Source: a virus
Virus genome (UHGV): UHGV-0372056
Length of the DNA stretch: 12,073 bases
Strand: one strand, 5' to 3'
Shown here: piece by piece, positions 1 to 7,063 of the stretch
Layout of the letters: each line of letters begins with the position of its first letter
Position numbering within the stretch: position 1 is the stretch's first letter
Program-made: the position numbers and the translations under genes
The notes under the pieces: model-generated
The model's database searches: none
What the model was told of the DNA's origin: nothing
What the model saw: only the letters and a program-made list of their open reading frames with translations

Positions 1-960
1 GGCACTGGCTGAGGCCTGCCCGGCACTTGTTGACGCGGCACTGGCAGATAATGCAGCCGCTGTTTTTGAACCTGCCGCAGCTGAGGCGCTCTGTCCCGCT
101 GCTGTTTCAGAAGACTTAGCGTTCGTCTCGGACGTTTTTGCCGCCTTCGCGGAATTTCCTGCCGCCGTTGCCGAGGAAGCTGCACTACTGGCACTTGATG
201 ATGCATTCGTTTCTGAAGATTTCGCTGCCTCTTTTGAGGCCGCCGCACCCCGTGCCGAGGTGGCAGCTTCTGACGCCTTCGTGGTCGCTGTGGATGCAGA
301 AGTGGCTGCCGATTTTTGTGATGCTGCGGCATTCGTTTCTGACGTTTTCGCGGCACTGGCGCTGGTAGCTGCCGCGCTTTTTGATGACTCTGCAGCAGCA
401 GCACTTTTTGCTGCTTCACGGGCCTTTGTCGATGCCGTTCCTGCGCTGGAAGACGCTGACTGAGCCGACGACGCGGCCTGTCCGGCTGACGTGCTGGCGG
501 CACGTGCTGAGGCTGCAGCATCGGTTGCATGAGTTGCCGCCTCGCTGGCTGATGCACTGGCATCGCTGGCTGATTTTTTCGCGGCTGCCGTATTCTGTGC
601 AACCGCGGAGGCGTTACGTGACACCTCTTCCACCATCTGCTCAAAGCGGCGCAGTGCCTCCGGTCGGACATCATCCTCCGTCATGGCACCGAGAAAATCA
701 TTCAGCGTACCTGGTCTGGAACCTTCATAGACGGTAATGGTCCCGGCATGTGAAGGCGGAAAACCTTCAACCAGCAGGGTGACGCTGTACTGACCATGCT
801 CAACATCCATGCTGTAACGTCCGGCTTCATCCGGATTTTCAGAGGCCACCGTGTTCACCACCACCGTGCTGCTGGTTCGTCTGGCCTTCAGCACAATGGT
901 GCAGTTCTGTACTGGTTTTCCTGTGCCATCTTTAAGCACGCCAGAAATTTTTACTGTCAT
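1..960 (-). CDS. stf: Side tail fibre protein Stf, N-terminal 320 codons; gene continues beyond the left edge of the window
   Basis: Minus-strand translation from ATG at 960 gives MTVKISGVLKDGTGKPVQNCTIVLKARR...VYEGSRPGTLNDFLGAMTEDD..., closely matching the recalled lambda/Rac Stf N-terminus (MAVKISGVLKDGTGKPVQNCTIQLKARR...), followed by the characteristic Ala/Ser/Thr-rich low-complexity repeats. Open through position 1 in frame (960 nt = 320 codons). Confidence 0.85.
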   Translation of the reverse strand, partial: MTVKISGVLKDGTGKPVQNCTIVLKARRTSSTVVVNTVASENPDEAGRYSMDVEHGQYSVTLLVEGFPPSHAGTITVYEGSRPGTLNDFLGAMTEDDVRPEALRRFEQMVEEVSRNASAVAQNTAAAKKSASDASASASEAATHATDAAASARAASTSAGQAASSAQSASSSAGTASTKAREAAKSAAAAESSKSAAATSASAAKTSETNAAASQKSAATSASTATTKASEAATSARGAAASKEAAKSSETNASSSASSAASSATAAGNSAKAAKTSETNAKSSETAAGQSASAAAGSKTAAALSASAASTSAGQASASA

Positions 961-973
961 ACTTTTCCACCAA

Positions 974-1006
974 TAAAAAAAGCCCGCAGCAGTGACGCCA
1001 CGGGCT
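974..1006 (-). terminator. Rho-independent terminator-like hairpin immediately upstream of stf
   Basis: Minus-strand RNA GCCCGUGGCG-UCACU-GCUGCGGGC (about 9 bp stem including G-U pairs) followed by UUUUUUU. Lambda has an analogous hairpin plus T-run between lom and stf. Confidence 0.6.
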
Positions 1007-1032
1007 TCAGGACAGTGTAACTTTACGTTTCC

Positions 1033-1290
1033 TCAAACGCAGTTCACCCCATAAGGTGGATGAACCTGCGTATCATAACAATATTTACAGAAGATAAATC
1101 GGCGTCTGTTGTCAGAAACGGTATCTGCATCCAGCTCTTCACCGGTATACTCTGCATCCGTCAGATAAACCGCGATCGCAGGAAAATCCTCTTCGTCAAA
1201 AACAACGGGGCGACCATCAAACAGCGTCGCCCCGTGTTCATGCTGCTCGAGTGCATCCAGCACTGCGGCACGAATGTCAGTGTGTTTCAT
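1033..1290 (-). CDS. U: Tail terminator protein U, truncated: first ~57 aa are U-like, last ~28 aa are unrelated read-through (probable pseudogene)
   Basis: MKHTDIRAAVLDALEQHEHGATLFDGRPVVFDEEDFPAIAVYLTDAEYTGEELDADT matches recalled lambda U (MKHTELRAAVLDALEKHDTGATFFDGRPAVFDEADFPAVAVYLTGAEYTGEELDSDT). Similarity stops abruptly at about plus 1119/1120, after which the ORF reads Cys-rich sequence to a stop. Lambda U is 131 aa. Confidence 0.7.
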   Translation of the reverse strand: MKHTDIRAAVLDALEQHEHGATLFDGRPVVFDEEDFPAIAVYLTDAEYTGEELDADTVSDNRRRFIFCKYCYDTQVHPPYGVNCV

Positions 1291-1862
1291 CGTTTTATCG
1301 CAATCCTCAGTTGTTGTTTCAGCGCGTATGCCAGTTCTTTAGGCAGGCGTTCACGCCGGATACGGTCAACATTCTCATCAAATGCCTGTTTCAGTGGGGC
1401 CGCCATCGGGATTTTCACCACCTGAATGGGAAGGCGATTACGCTTTTTCCTTCCCTTGTCGTCATTGCCCTCCTCATATCTGGCCTGGGGAAGACGTTGC
1501 ATAACATGCCAGCGCCCATTATTTAATCGCTGGATAAATGCCCGCTGATAACGATGCTGACCGGCTTTGAGTATGCTGTCCGGACGACGCCCCAGCATTC
1601 TGATCCCCAGCTTAATCACAGGGAGATCACCGCGGTTAACGATAATTCTGGCATTCGGATTTCTGACCGTCGCCCGTTTCAGTCTGGACCGTTCCTTTAC
1701 CAGTTTCCGTCTCACCCTGGTTTCCCGGGCAACCTGTGACGAAGACTGATTAATCGCCGTTATGGCCACGCGGTTAATGGTCATTGCAGAAGCAGCCGGA
1801 ATGGCGTTTTTACGAACCCGGCTCAGATTGTCAATCGCCTGATCAAGCCCTTTTATCGCCAT
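1287..1862 (-). CDS. Z: Tail completion protein Z
   Basis: 191 aa, MAIKGLDQAIDNLSRV...RRERLPKELAYALKQQLRIAIKR, collinear with recalled lambda Z (192 aa, MAIKGLEQAVENLSRI...RRERLPKELGYALQHQLRMVIKR). Stop overlaps the U start by 4 nt. Confidence 0.9.
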   Translation of the reverse strand: MAIKGLDQAIDNLSRVRKNAIPAASAMTINRVAITAINQSSSQVARETRVRRKLVKERSRLKRATVRNPNARIIVNRGDLPVIKLGIRMLGRRPDSILKAGQHRYQRAFIQRLNNGRWHVMQRLPQARYEEGNDDKGRKKRNRLPIQVVKIPMAAPLKQAFDENVDRIRRERLPKELAYALKQQLRIAIKR

Positions 1863-1876
1863 AATTCACCCTGCGT

Positions 1877-2230
1877 TTATCGTCGCCGGTTAACTGCGGG
1901 TGGTTGCCCACGGTTGAGCCAGAGATAACAGCTGCCCCCGTCATCCGGAGAAACACGATCCACCCAGAATGTCTCACCATTAATGGTCAGCGTGTCACCA
2001 CGCCGCACGGCACGAACCGTATCCGTCCGCACAAATAATGACGGGCAGCTTCCTTCAATACGGACCCCGCCACCGGCAAACCCCAGCGACTCCGGATCGT
2101 CAAAAACCCCCTGAACTTCGCTGCCACACTGTGCCCCCGAGGTGAACTGCGCACAGAGTCCCATCACTTCAACGATCGTACTGTCTACCCCGGCGAGGGC
2201 AGCATCAAAGGCATTCTGAAAATCACGCAT
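1877..2230 (-). CDS. FII: Head-tail joining protein FII
   Basis: 117 aa, MRDFQNAFDAALAGVDSTI...FWVDRVSPDDGGSCYLWLNRGQPPAVNRRR; near-identical C-terminus to recalled lambda FII (...FWVDRVSPDDGGSCHLWLGRGVPPAVNRRR). Confidence 0.9.
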   Translation of the reverse strand: MRDFQNAFDAALAGVDSTIVEVMGLCAQFTSGAQCGSEVQGVFDDPESLGFAGGGVRIEGSCPSLFVRTDTVRAVRRGDTLTINGETFWVDRVSPDDGGSCYLWLNRGQPPAVNRRR

Positions 2231-2606
2231 ATTCAGCCGTTCCGTGCTGTATCATGGCCGTTGCCAGTGATGATGGCACCAGAACACGCATACCCCGTAA
2301 CGCCAGCTCAACGGGACGACCTGTCTCCGGGCAATACCCCATTACTTGCAGGCACTTCCGTACCCGGACGGCTTTAACATCATCCGGAGCATCCGTGTTG
2401 TTCAACTGCTCACCATCGTCTGTGTGATTTTGATCAGCCCCGCTCTCATCAGAGTGCATAATGCCCTCCGGGGAAACAGCAAGCTCCTCTTCCCACTCAG
2501 ACACACGTTGCGCAATATCCGCAGCACTCCCCGACATATCCGCCTCGCGCCCCAGCAGGCCAGCCAGTTGACGAAGACGATTCAGATTTTCTTCTTTTGT
2601 TGCCAT
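2223..2606 (-). CDS. FI: DNA-packaging protein FI
   Basis: Start chosen at MATKEENLNRLRQLAG... (ATG at 2606, with AGGAGG about 7 nt upstream on the minus strand) rather than the longest ORF start at 2654, which would run through the E-FI hairpin. Resembles recalled lambda FI N-terminus (MTKDELIARLRSLGEQL...); acidic middle region is typical. 8-nt overlap with the FII start. Confidence 0.8.
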   Translation of the reverse strand: MATKEENLNRLRQLAGLLGREADMSGSAADIAQRVSEWEEELAVSPEGIMHSDESGADQNHTDDGEQLNNTDAPDDVKAVRVRKCLQVMGYCPETGRPVELALRGMRVLVPSSLATAMIQHGTAEYA

Positions 2607-2620
2607 CTCAGCCTCCTGTG

Positions 2621-2649
2621 AAAAAAGACACGGGGGCATTTCGCCCCCG
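2621..2649 (-). terminator. Intrinsic terminator/attenuator-like hairpin between E and FI
   Basis: Minus-strand RNA CGGGGGC-GAAAU-GCCCCCG followed by UGUCUUUUUU. Lambda has an analogous GC hairpin in the E-FI intergenic region. Confidence 0.6.
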
Positions 2650-2657
2650 CTCACGGA

Positions 2658-3331
2658 TTATTTCACCTGCACCACCACAAACTCATCCGGATCCGGCAGC
2701 ACCATCAGCGGTGCGGACTGCGTCATGGTGAATTCACGGGCCGGATCGCCCACAGTCAGCCAGTGTTTCGGATAACGGGAAGAGGCCACCACACCTTCGG
2801 ACAACGCCTGCGCATCCTGAATGGCACCATAGCAACGAATGCCCTCTGCTGCCGTATTCCCCAGGACCAGTGTGCCCACCGGCAGATAACGTTTTTCGGT
2901 ACCGTCGTCTGCCACATAAGACGTTTTCGCCACCACAATGGCCAGATCGCCGTAATACCCCTTGAAAGACACCACCGCTCCCAGGTCTTTCACTGCCGTT
3001 TCGAGTTGTGAATTTGAGCCGCGACGGGTAGCTGAGCCGGATCTTCACCAGGAAGGCGCTCAACCGCCTGCTGGTAATTAAATTCGTGTTTGGGCTTGAC
3101 GTAGCCCGGACGTAACACGCGGGTTTCACCACCGCGATGGCGAAGCACTTTTCCTTCAACGATCGGGGAGACATAGGCCGCCACCGGCGTTTTTCCGGTA
3201 ATTTTGTCCAGCATCACCTCTTCGGTGTGGAAATTCACCGTACGGCGGAAAAACAGCTCCAGAAACAGCGCACGGAATTTAACTTTTTGTTCGGTATAAC
3301 CGAGTAACTGGCGGGTCGTAAACAATCCCAT
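2658..3331 (-). pseudogene. E: Major capsid protein E, disrupted by an internal out-of-frame deletion (N-terminal and C-terminal fragments in different frames)
   Basis: ORF 2990..3331 (MGLFTTRQLLGYTEQKVKF...VSPIVEGKVLRHRGGE...PGYVKPKHE...RLPGEDPAQLP) matches recalled lambda E residues ~1-105 then diverges and stops. ORF 2658..2993 (...KDLGAVVSFKGYYGDLAIVV...YPKHWLTVGDPAREFTMTQSAPLMVLPDPDEFVVVQVK) matches the lambda E C-terminus. Junction lies near plus 3029/3030 with a frame change. Total 224 aa of E-like sequence versus 341 aa in lambda. Confidence 0.8.
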
Positions 3332-3350
3332 AAATCAGTTCCTTTCATTA

Positions 3351-3370
3351 AGAAATCAGTCAGGCCAACG
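3351..3370 (-). promoter_or_regulatory. Hairpin in the D-E intergenic region (possible attenuator)
   Basis: Inverted repeat caggcca/tggcctg with a 6-nt loop; lambda also carries a hairpin between D and E. The downstream U-tract is weak. Confidence 0.3.
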
Positions 3371-3388
3371 CGGTGGCCTGATAACGTG

Positions 3389-3736
3389 TTACGGCAGCGC
3401 CGCGTGACTCAGGGCACTGCCGGTAAAGGCGTTGGCCTTTTTGTGTTCATCCACACTGTCAGGCCAGCGGATTGCCTCCGTCGCAAAGGTCCCCGACTTG
3501 TAATAGGTCAGCACCGCCTCTGTGCCTTCAAGCGGCAGTACCAGTATGCCAACCGCACTACCGGCTTTCTGTCCGTCCCAGACCACCAGTTTCCCGGTGG
3601 CCCCATCCAGCATCAGGGGTGTCAGTGCCGGTGTTGCCGAGGAAATCCCGCTGCTGCCTGTGGCGGTGTGAGCCGGATCATTACCGGCAAAAATACGTAC
3701 TTCCGCACGCTGTTCAGTGATGGTTTTCGTCACCAT
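3389..3736 (-). CDS. D: Head decoration protein D
   Basis: 115 aa, MVTKTITEQRAEV...TPLMLDGATGKLVVWDG...; resembles recalled lambda gpD ([52 protein letters not shown]...), similar length. Confidence 0.85.
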   Translation of the reverse strand: MVTKTITEQRAEVRIFAGNDPAHTATGSSGISSATPALTPLMLDGATGKLVVWDGQKAGSAVGILVLPLEGTEAVLTYYKSGTFATEAIRWPDSVDEHKKANAFTGSALSHAALP

Positions 3737-3772
3737 ATTGTTAAAACCTCGTATTGATGTTCAGCACTGACT

Positions 3773-4375
3773 TCATGGCATGGCCATGAGCATTTTCACG
3801 TCCGCATCACCGTCTTCTGACGCCTGTGACACGCCCCCCTGGACCGCAGCCGGTGAATGGTTCGCCATGAAATGTTCAAACAGGGCGGTTGTGGATGCAG
3901 AGACCGGTTCTGCCTTACCTGATCCCGCAGCCAGCACAGCCCGGGCGCTCTCCACGGTCATTCCCGGGCAGGCCGCCAGTTTTTCAGCCTGCGCTTCTGC
4001 CCCTTTTGCCTCATCCAGGGCCATGATCTGATCACGAAGTGAGGGCCCGGCATCCGCCAGTGGTGCAGCCGCCAGGATCGGGCGGGCTTTTTCCACCGTC
4101 ATCTCCGGCATCGCCGCCAGCGTTGCCGCCAGTTGTTCACGACCGTTCGCTTCTTCACACGCCATAATGCGATCGGCTTCACTCTGCGCGGATGCCACCG
4201 GCTGCTGCGGTGCCGCCGCGGCCAGAATCGCCCGGGCCTGTTCAACGCTCATGCCCTGTTGCCCTGCCAGCATCGTGGCAAGCTGTTCACGTCCTTTCGC
4301 TTCCTGGCATGTCAGGATCCCCATCACTCGCTGGTTCTCCTGCACGGCGGCTTCCGTTGCAGTTAATTGCGGCAT
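3773..4375 (-). CDS. Nu3: Scaffolding protein Nu3, nested in-frame in the 3' part of C
   Basis: Internal ATG at 4375 preceded by GGAGG (minus strand gtcagaGGAGGcactATG), in frame with C; product MPQLTATEAAVQENQRVMGILTCQEAKGRE... parallels lambda Nu3 (internal start, ...ENSRIMGILNCEEAHGRE...). Nested initiation is inferred by analogy with lambda. Confidence 0.6.
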   Translation of the reverse strand: MPQLTATEAAVQENQRVMGILTCQEAKGREQLATMLAGQQGMSVEQARAILAAAAPQQPVASAQSEADRIMACEEANGREQLAATLAAMPEMTVEKARPILAAAPLADAGPSLRDQIMALDEAKGAEAQAEKLAACPGMTVESARAVLAAGSGKAEPVSASTTALFEHFMANHSPAAVQGGVSQASEDGDADVKMLMAMP

Positions 4376-5278
4376 AGTGCCTCCTCTGACATTACTGTTC
4401 AGCGCCGTGGCCATCACACTGATGGCATCCGACGCATTGATTAATTCATCCGCCAGCCCGGCCTCAATGCCGGACTGACCTTCAAAAACGGCGGCCTCTG
4501 TTCCCGTGACCGCATCCACAGACAACCCGGTATACATCGCCACTTTTTCGGCAAACATCCGGTGCGCCGCATCAATCCGCTGCTGCATATCCTGGCGAAC
4601 CTCTGCCGGCAACGCTTCAAACTGATTGCCATCCACCTTGTGCGCCCCGGCATAAATCAGCGTGATATCCACACCGGCCTGCGCCAGATGACCGGCATAG
4701 CTGACATGGCTCATCATCACGCCAATGGAGCCGATACGGGATGTCTGGGTAACCAGCCGTCGGGAGCAGGCCGACGCCAGCAGCATGGCTGCAGAACAGG
4801 CCGTGTCATTGCACAGTGCCCAGACCGGCTTCTGCTGACGGAGGCGGTAAATCATGTCAGCGCAGTCAAACGCGCCGGCGGCCTGCCCGCCCGGACTGTC
4901 AATGTCCAGCAGTATGCCCCGCACCTGGCTATCTGCCATTGCCTGCTGAAGACAGGCGACAATGCCGTCATAGCCAGTCATTCCGGAAAATGGCCGCATC
5001 CCCCCCAGCCGGTGCACCAGCGTGCCGGTCACCGGCAGTACCGCAATACCGTTCACCACCCGGTAAACACGGGCCGGTCGTTTACCTCCGGCCATGTACT
5101 CGTCCGTTTCAGCCAGCATTCCGGGAGCATCAAGCTGTACCTGCTGTTGCGGTACCGAAAGACTTGCTGCCCCCATCTCGCGCCCCAGCGCGCAAAAGAA
5201 AACCCGCGCATAGGCGGGCTCCAGAAGCAGCGGTTCATTGAATGCTGCTGCAATAATGTGTGAAAGATTACGTCTCAC
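3773..5278 (-). CDS. C: Head maturation protease / minor capsid protein C (S49 ClpP-like peptidase) with C-terminal scaffold domain
   Basis: 501 aa; ...AFNEPLLLEPAYARVFFCAL...NGIAVLPVTGTL...SGMTGYDGI...GILLDIDSPGG...AFDCADMI...KPVWALCND...RRLVTQTSRIGSIGVMM... is collinear with recalled lambda gpC. The C-terminal part holds three copies of a ~41-aa motif where lambda has one. Confidence 0.9.
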   Translation of the reverse strand: MRRNLSHIIAAAFNEPLLLEPAYARVFFCALGREMGAASLSVPQQQVQLDAPGMLAETDEYMAGGKRPARVYRVVNGIAVLPVTGTLVHRLGGMRPFSGMTGYDGIVACLQQAMADSQVRGILLDIDSPGGQAAGAFDCADMIYRLRQQKPVWALCNDTACSAAMLLASACSRRLVTQTSRIGSIGVMMSHVSYAGHLAQAGVDITLIYAGAHKVDGNQFEALPAEVRQDMQQRIDAAHRMFAEKVAMYTGLSVDAVTGTEAAVFEGQSGIEAGLADELINASDAISVMATALNSNVRGGTMPQLTATEAAVQENQRVMGILTCQEAKGREQLATMLAGQQGMSVEQARAILAAAAPQQPVASAQSEADRIMACEEANGREQLAATLAAMPEMTVEKARPILAAAPLADAGPSLRDQIMALDEAKGAEAQAEKLAACPGMTVESARAVLAAGSGKAEPVSASTTALFEHFMANHSPAAVQGGVSQASEDGDADVKMLMAMP

Positions 5279-6860
5279 GTGGTGTTGTCTCCTCTTCCGG
5301 CCTGCGACTCTCCGCTATCTGCTGCTGATACGCCTGCGCTATCCACACCGGACGTGAGAGTCCGGCTTTTTCCCGCTCTGCAGATTCCCTGACCTGCTGG
5401 CGGAAAATGTCCTGATAATCCTCGCCCATCAGCGCCAGCTCTTTCTCATACGTGCTCAGTCCGGCCTCAATGCGCATCACTGATTCCTGAACCTCCTTGA
5501 GCCCGTCAATGGCCATTCTTCCGGCTCCAATCCACTCAGCCCGTGACCAGGCTGATCGCGCCTGATAAAAATCAAAACGTGCCCGTGGCGGACGAATAAT
5601 CCCCCGAAGAAGTGCCTCTTCCAGCCAGCAGGAAAACATCTGCGTGGCCAGCCGGGACGCAATAAATTTTCGCCGCCCCATAAAATAGCGCCACGACTCA
5701 TTGGCGGATGCGCGGGCACTTGAATAACTGACCTTCGAGTAATCACGGGACAACTGTTCGTAGGAAACGCCAAGACCGGCGGCGATATACCGCAGCAGCG
5801 CCTGTTCAAGCGCCGAAAATCCATTGTCTGAATCCTGCGCGGTCTGAAGTTTCAGATCATCACCGGGGAAAAGGTGCGGAATTTTGACACCGCCCAGCGT
5901 CACGCTATTCGTGTCATACCAGGTGGAGAACTTATCCAGAATATTAATAAGCGGATTATCCTTCTGCCCCTGCGGCGCACCGGCGATATATTCAAAGGCC
6001 TTTTCGGTATCAAGGTCACTTTCAATCGTCGCTGCATACATCGCCTTCACTATGGCCGACTGAAGCTGTGTTGCCTGCAGGGAATCGAGCATCTTCAGCC
6101 GTTCCATTACGCTGTAAAACTGATTGGCCCCACGGGTCTGCCCGTCCTCCACCGGCTCGAAAATATGCAGCATGGCCGGACGCCCGGTGGGAAGTTCACG
6201 CGGGATCCGTTCCCATCGTCCACTCCCAGAGAACGGAAAATCATCCTCACAGATATGGTACGCAACGGCACGGCCATATCGATCGACCTCCACACCGGCC
6301 CGCAGAAAACGGTTCCCGATACCGTGTCCTGGCGTGTCCACCCGTTTCGGACTCACGGCTTTAAAACGCGTACGAAACAGTTGCGTGCTCTCCGTATCCC
6401 AGACCGGCTGCACAAAGATTTCGCCGTTAAACGCATGAACGCCCACACCTTCACGGATAAATTCCGTAAACGTGCGTTTCCCTTCCACGTCGATCTCGCC
6501 AAACATCCCTTCGGCGTATTCCGACCAGGCCGCCTCCACCTCATCGACAAAACTTTTTGCCGCAGTCTCCCGCATCCCCAGCCAGCGCCAGTTCGGACGG
6601 TAGCTGATCAGAAACATATGCCCGACAATATGATCCTTATGCAGGGCCACCGCATTAGCCGCTATCCCGTTATTGCGCACCAGATCATCTGCCCGGGCAT
6701 TCCCCAGACGCAACGCAGGCAGCAGGGCTGCATCGGCACTCTGCGCCGGTGGCAACCACTCCGCCATTTGCCCGCCAAATCCTGCGCCGCCCCCGTTGTA
6801 GCTGAGACTCTCACGAAGCGGAACGCCGTTCACATCAATCAGGACAGGCGTTCGTTTCAT
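5268..6860 (-). CDS. B: Portal protein B
   Basis: 530 aa; MKRTPVLIDVNGVPLRESLSYNGGGAGFGGQ...IFEPVEDGQTRGANQFYSVMERLKMLD...SAIVKAMYAATIESDLD... matches recalled lambda gpB along its length (lambda 533 aa). Overlaps the W stop by 4 nt and the C start by 11 nt. Confidence 0.95.
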   Translation of the reverse strand: MKRTPVLIDVNGVPLRESLSYNGGGAGFGGQMAEWLPPAQSADAALLPALRLGNARADDLVRNNGIAANAVALHKDHIVGHMFLISYRPNWRWLGMRETAAKSFVDEVEAAWSEYAEGMFGEIDVEGKRTFTEFIREGVGVHAFNGEIFVQPVWDTESTQLFRTRFKAVSPKRVDTPGHGIGNRFLRAGVEVDRYGRAVAYHICEDDFPFSGSGRWERIPRELPTGRPAMLHIFEPVEDGQTRGANQFYSVMERLKMLDSLQATQLQSAIVKAMYAATIESDLDTEKAFEYIAGAPQGQKDNPLINILDKFSTWYDTNSVTLGGVKIPHLFPGDDLKLQTAQDSDNGFSALEQALLRYIAAGLGVSYEQLSRDYSKVSYSSARASANESWRYFMGRRKFIASRLATQMFSCWLEEALLRGIIRPPRARFDFYQARSAWSRAEWIGAGRMAIDGLKEVQESVMRIEAGLSTYEKELALMGEDYQDIFRQQVRESAEREKAGLSRPVWIAQAYQQQIAESRRPEEETTPRET

Positions 6861-7063
6861 AACCTCACTCCCAGCGGACGACGGCGACGTCGGGTTGTCC
6901 CCAGTACCGACTCCGCATCATTGATCGCCCGGTTAAGCTCATCCAGAGAAGCCGCCGTATATTCAATTCTGCGACCATCTTTCTGGACAGACACCACCCG
7001 TTTACCGGTTAATAAATCAAGGCGCGCCTGACGCAGCGCCTGTAGTTCAGCGACTGTAACCAT
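6857..7063 (-). CDS. W: Head-tail connector / DNA stabilisation protein W
   Basis: 68 aa; ...LLTGKRVVSVQKDGRRIEYTAASLDELNRAINDAE... versus recalled lambda W ...[35 protein letters not shown]...; same length. Confidence 0.85.
   Translation of the reverse strand: MVTVAELQALRQARLDLLTGKRVVSVQKDGRRIEYTAASLDELNRAINDAESVLGTTRRRRRPLGVRL

Noticed and set aside
138-737. Plus-strand ORFs 138..368, 260..463 (Ala-rich) and 381..737
   Set aside because: Antisense to the stf coding sequence; the Ala-rich frame mirrors the GCx-rich repeats of Stf on the other strand.
796-1020. Plus-strand 74-aa ORF
   Set aside because: Antisense to the stf 5' end and runs through the stf-upstream terminator; no start signals.
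1060-1526. Plus-strand ORFs 1060..1425 and 1251..1526
   Set aside because: Antisense to U and Z, whose minus-strand frames have clear lambda homology.
2223-2654. Longest-ORF start for FI at 2654
   Set aside because: That start would place the first 16 codons across the E-FI hairpin; the ATG at 2606 has a clear AGGAGG and gives a lambda-like FI N-terminus.
2734-3174. 146-aa minus-strand ORF spanning the E deletion junction, and 60-aa ORF 2756..2938
   Set aside because: Alternate frames of the E remnants; Arg/Gly/Cys-rich translations with no resemblance to capsid protein. The E-like frames are 2990..3331 and 2658..2993.
5874-7031. 385-aa plus-strand ORF, with other long plus-strand ORFs at 4562..5263, 4816..5241 and 6068..6438
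   Set aside because: They lie antisense to the well-supported portal, W and protease genes in GC-rich DNA, where long spurious antisense frames are expected. The translations are Arg/Pro/His-rich and show no recognisable similarity.
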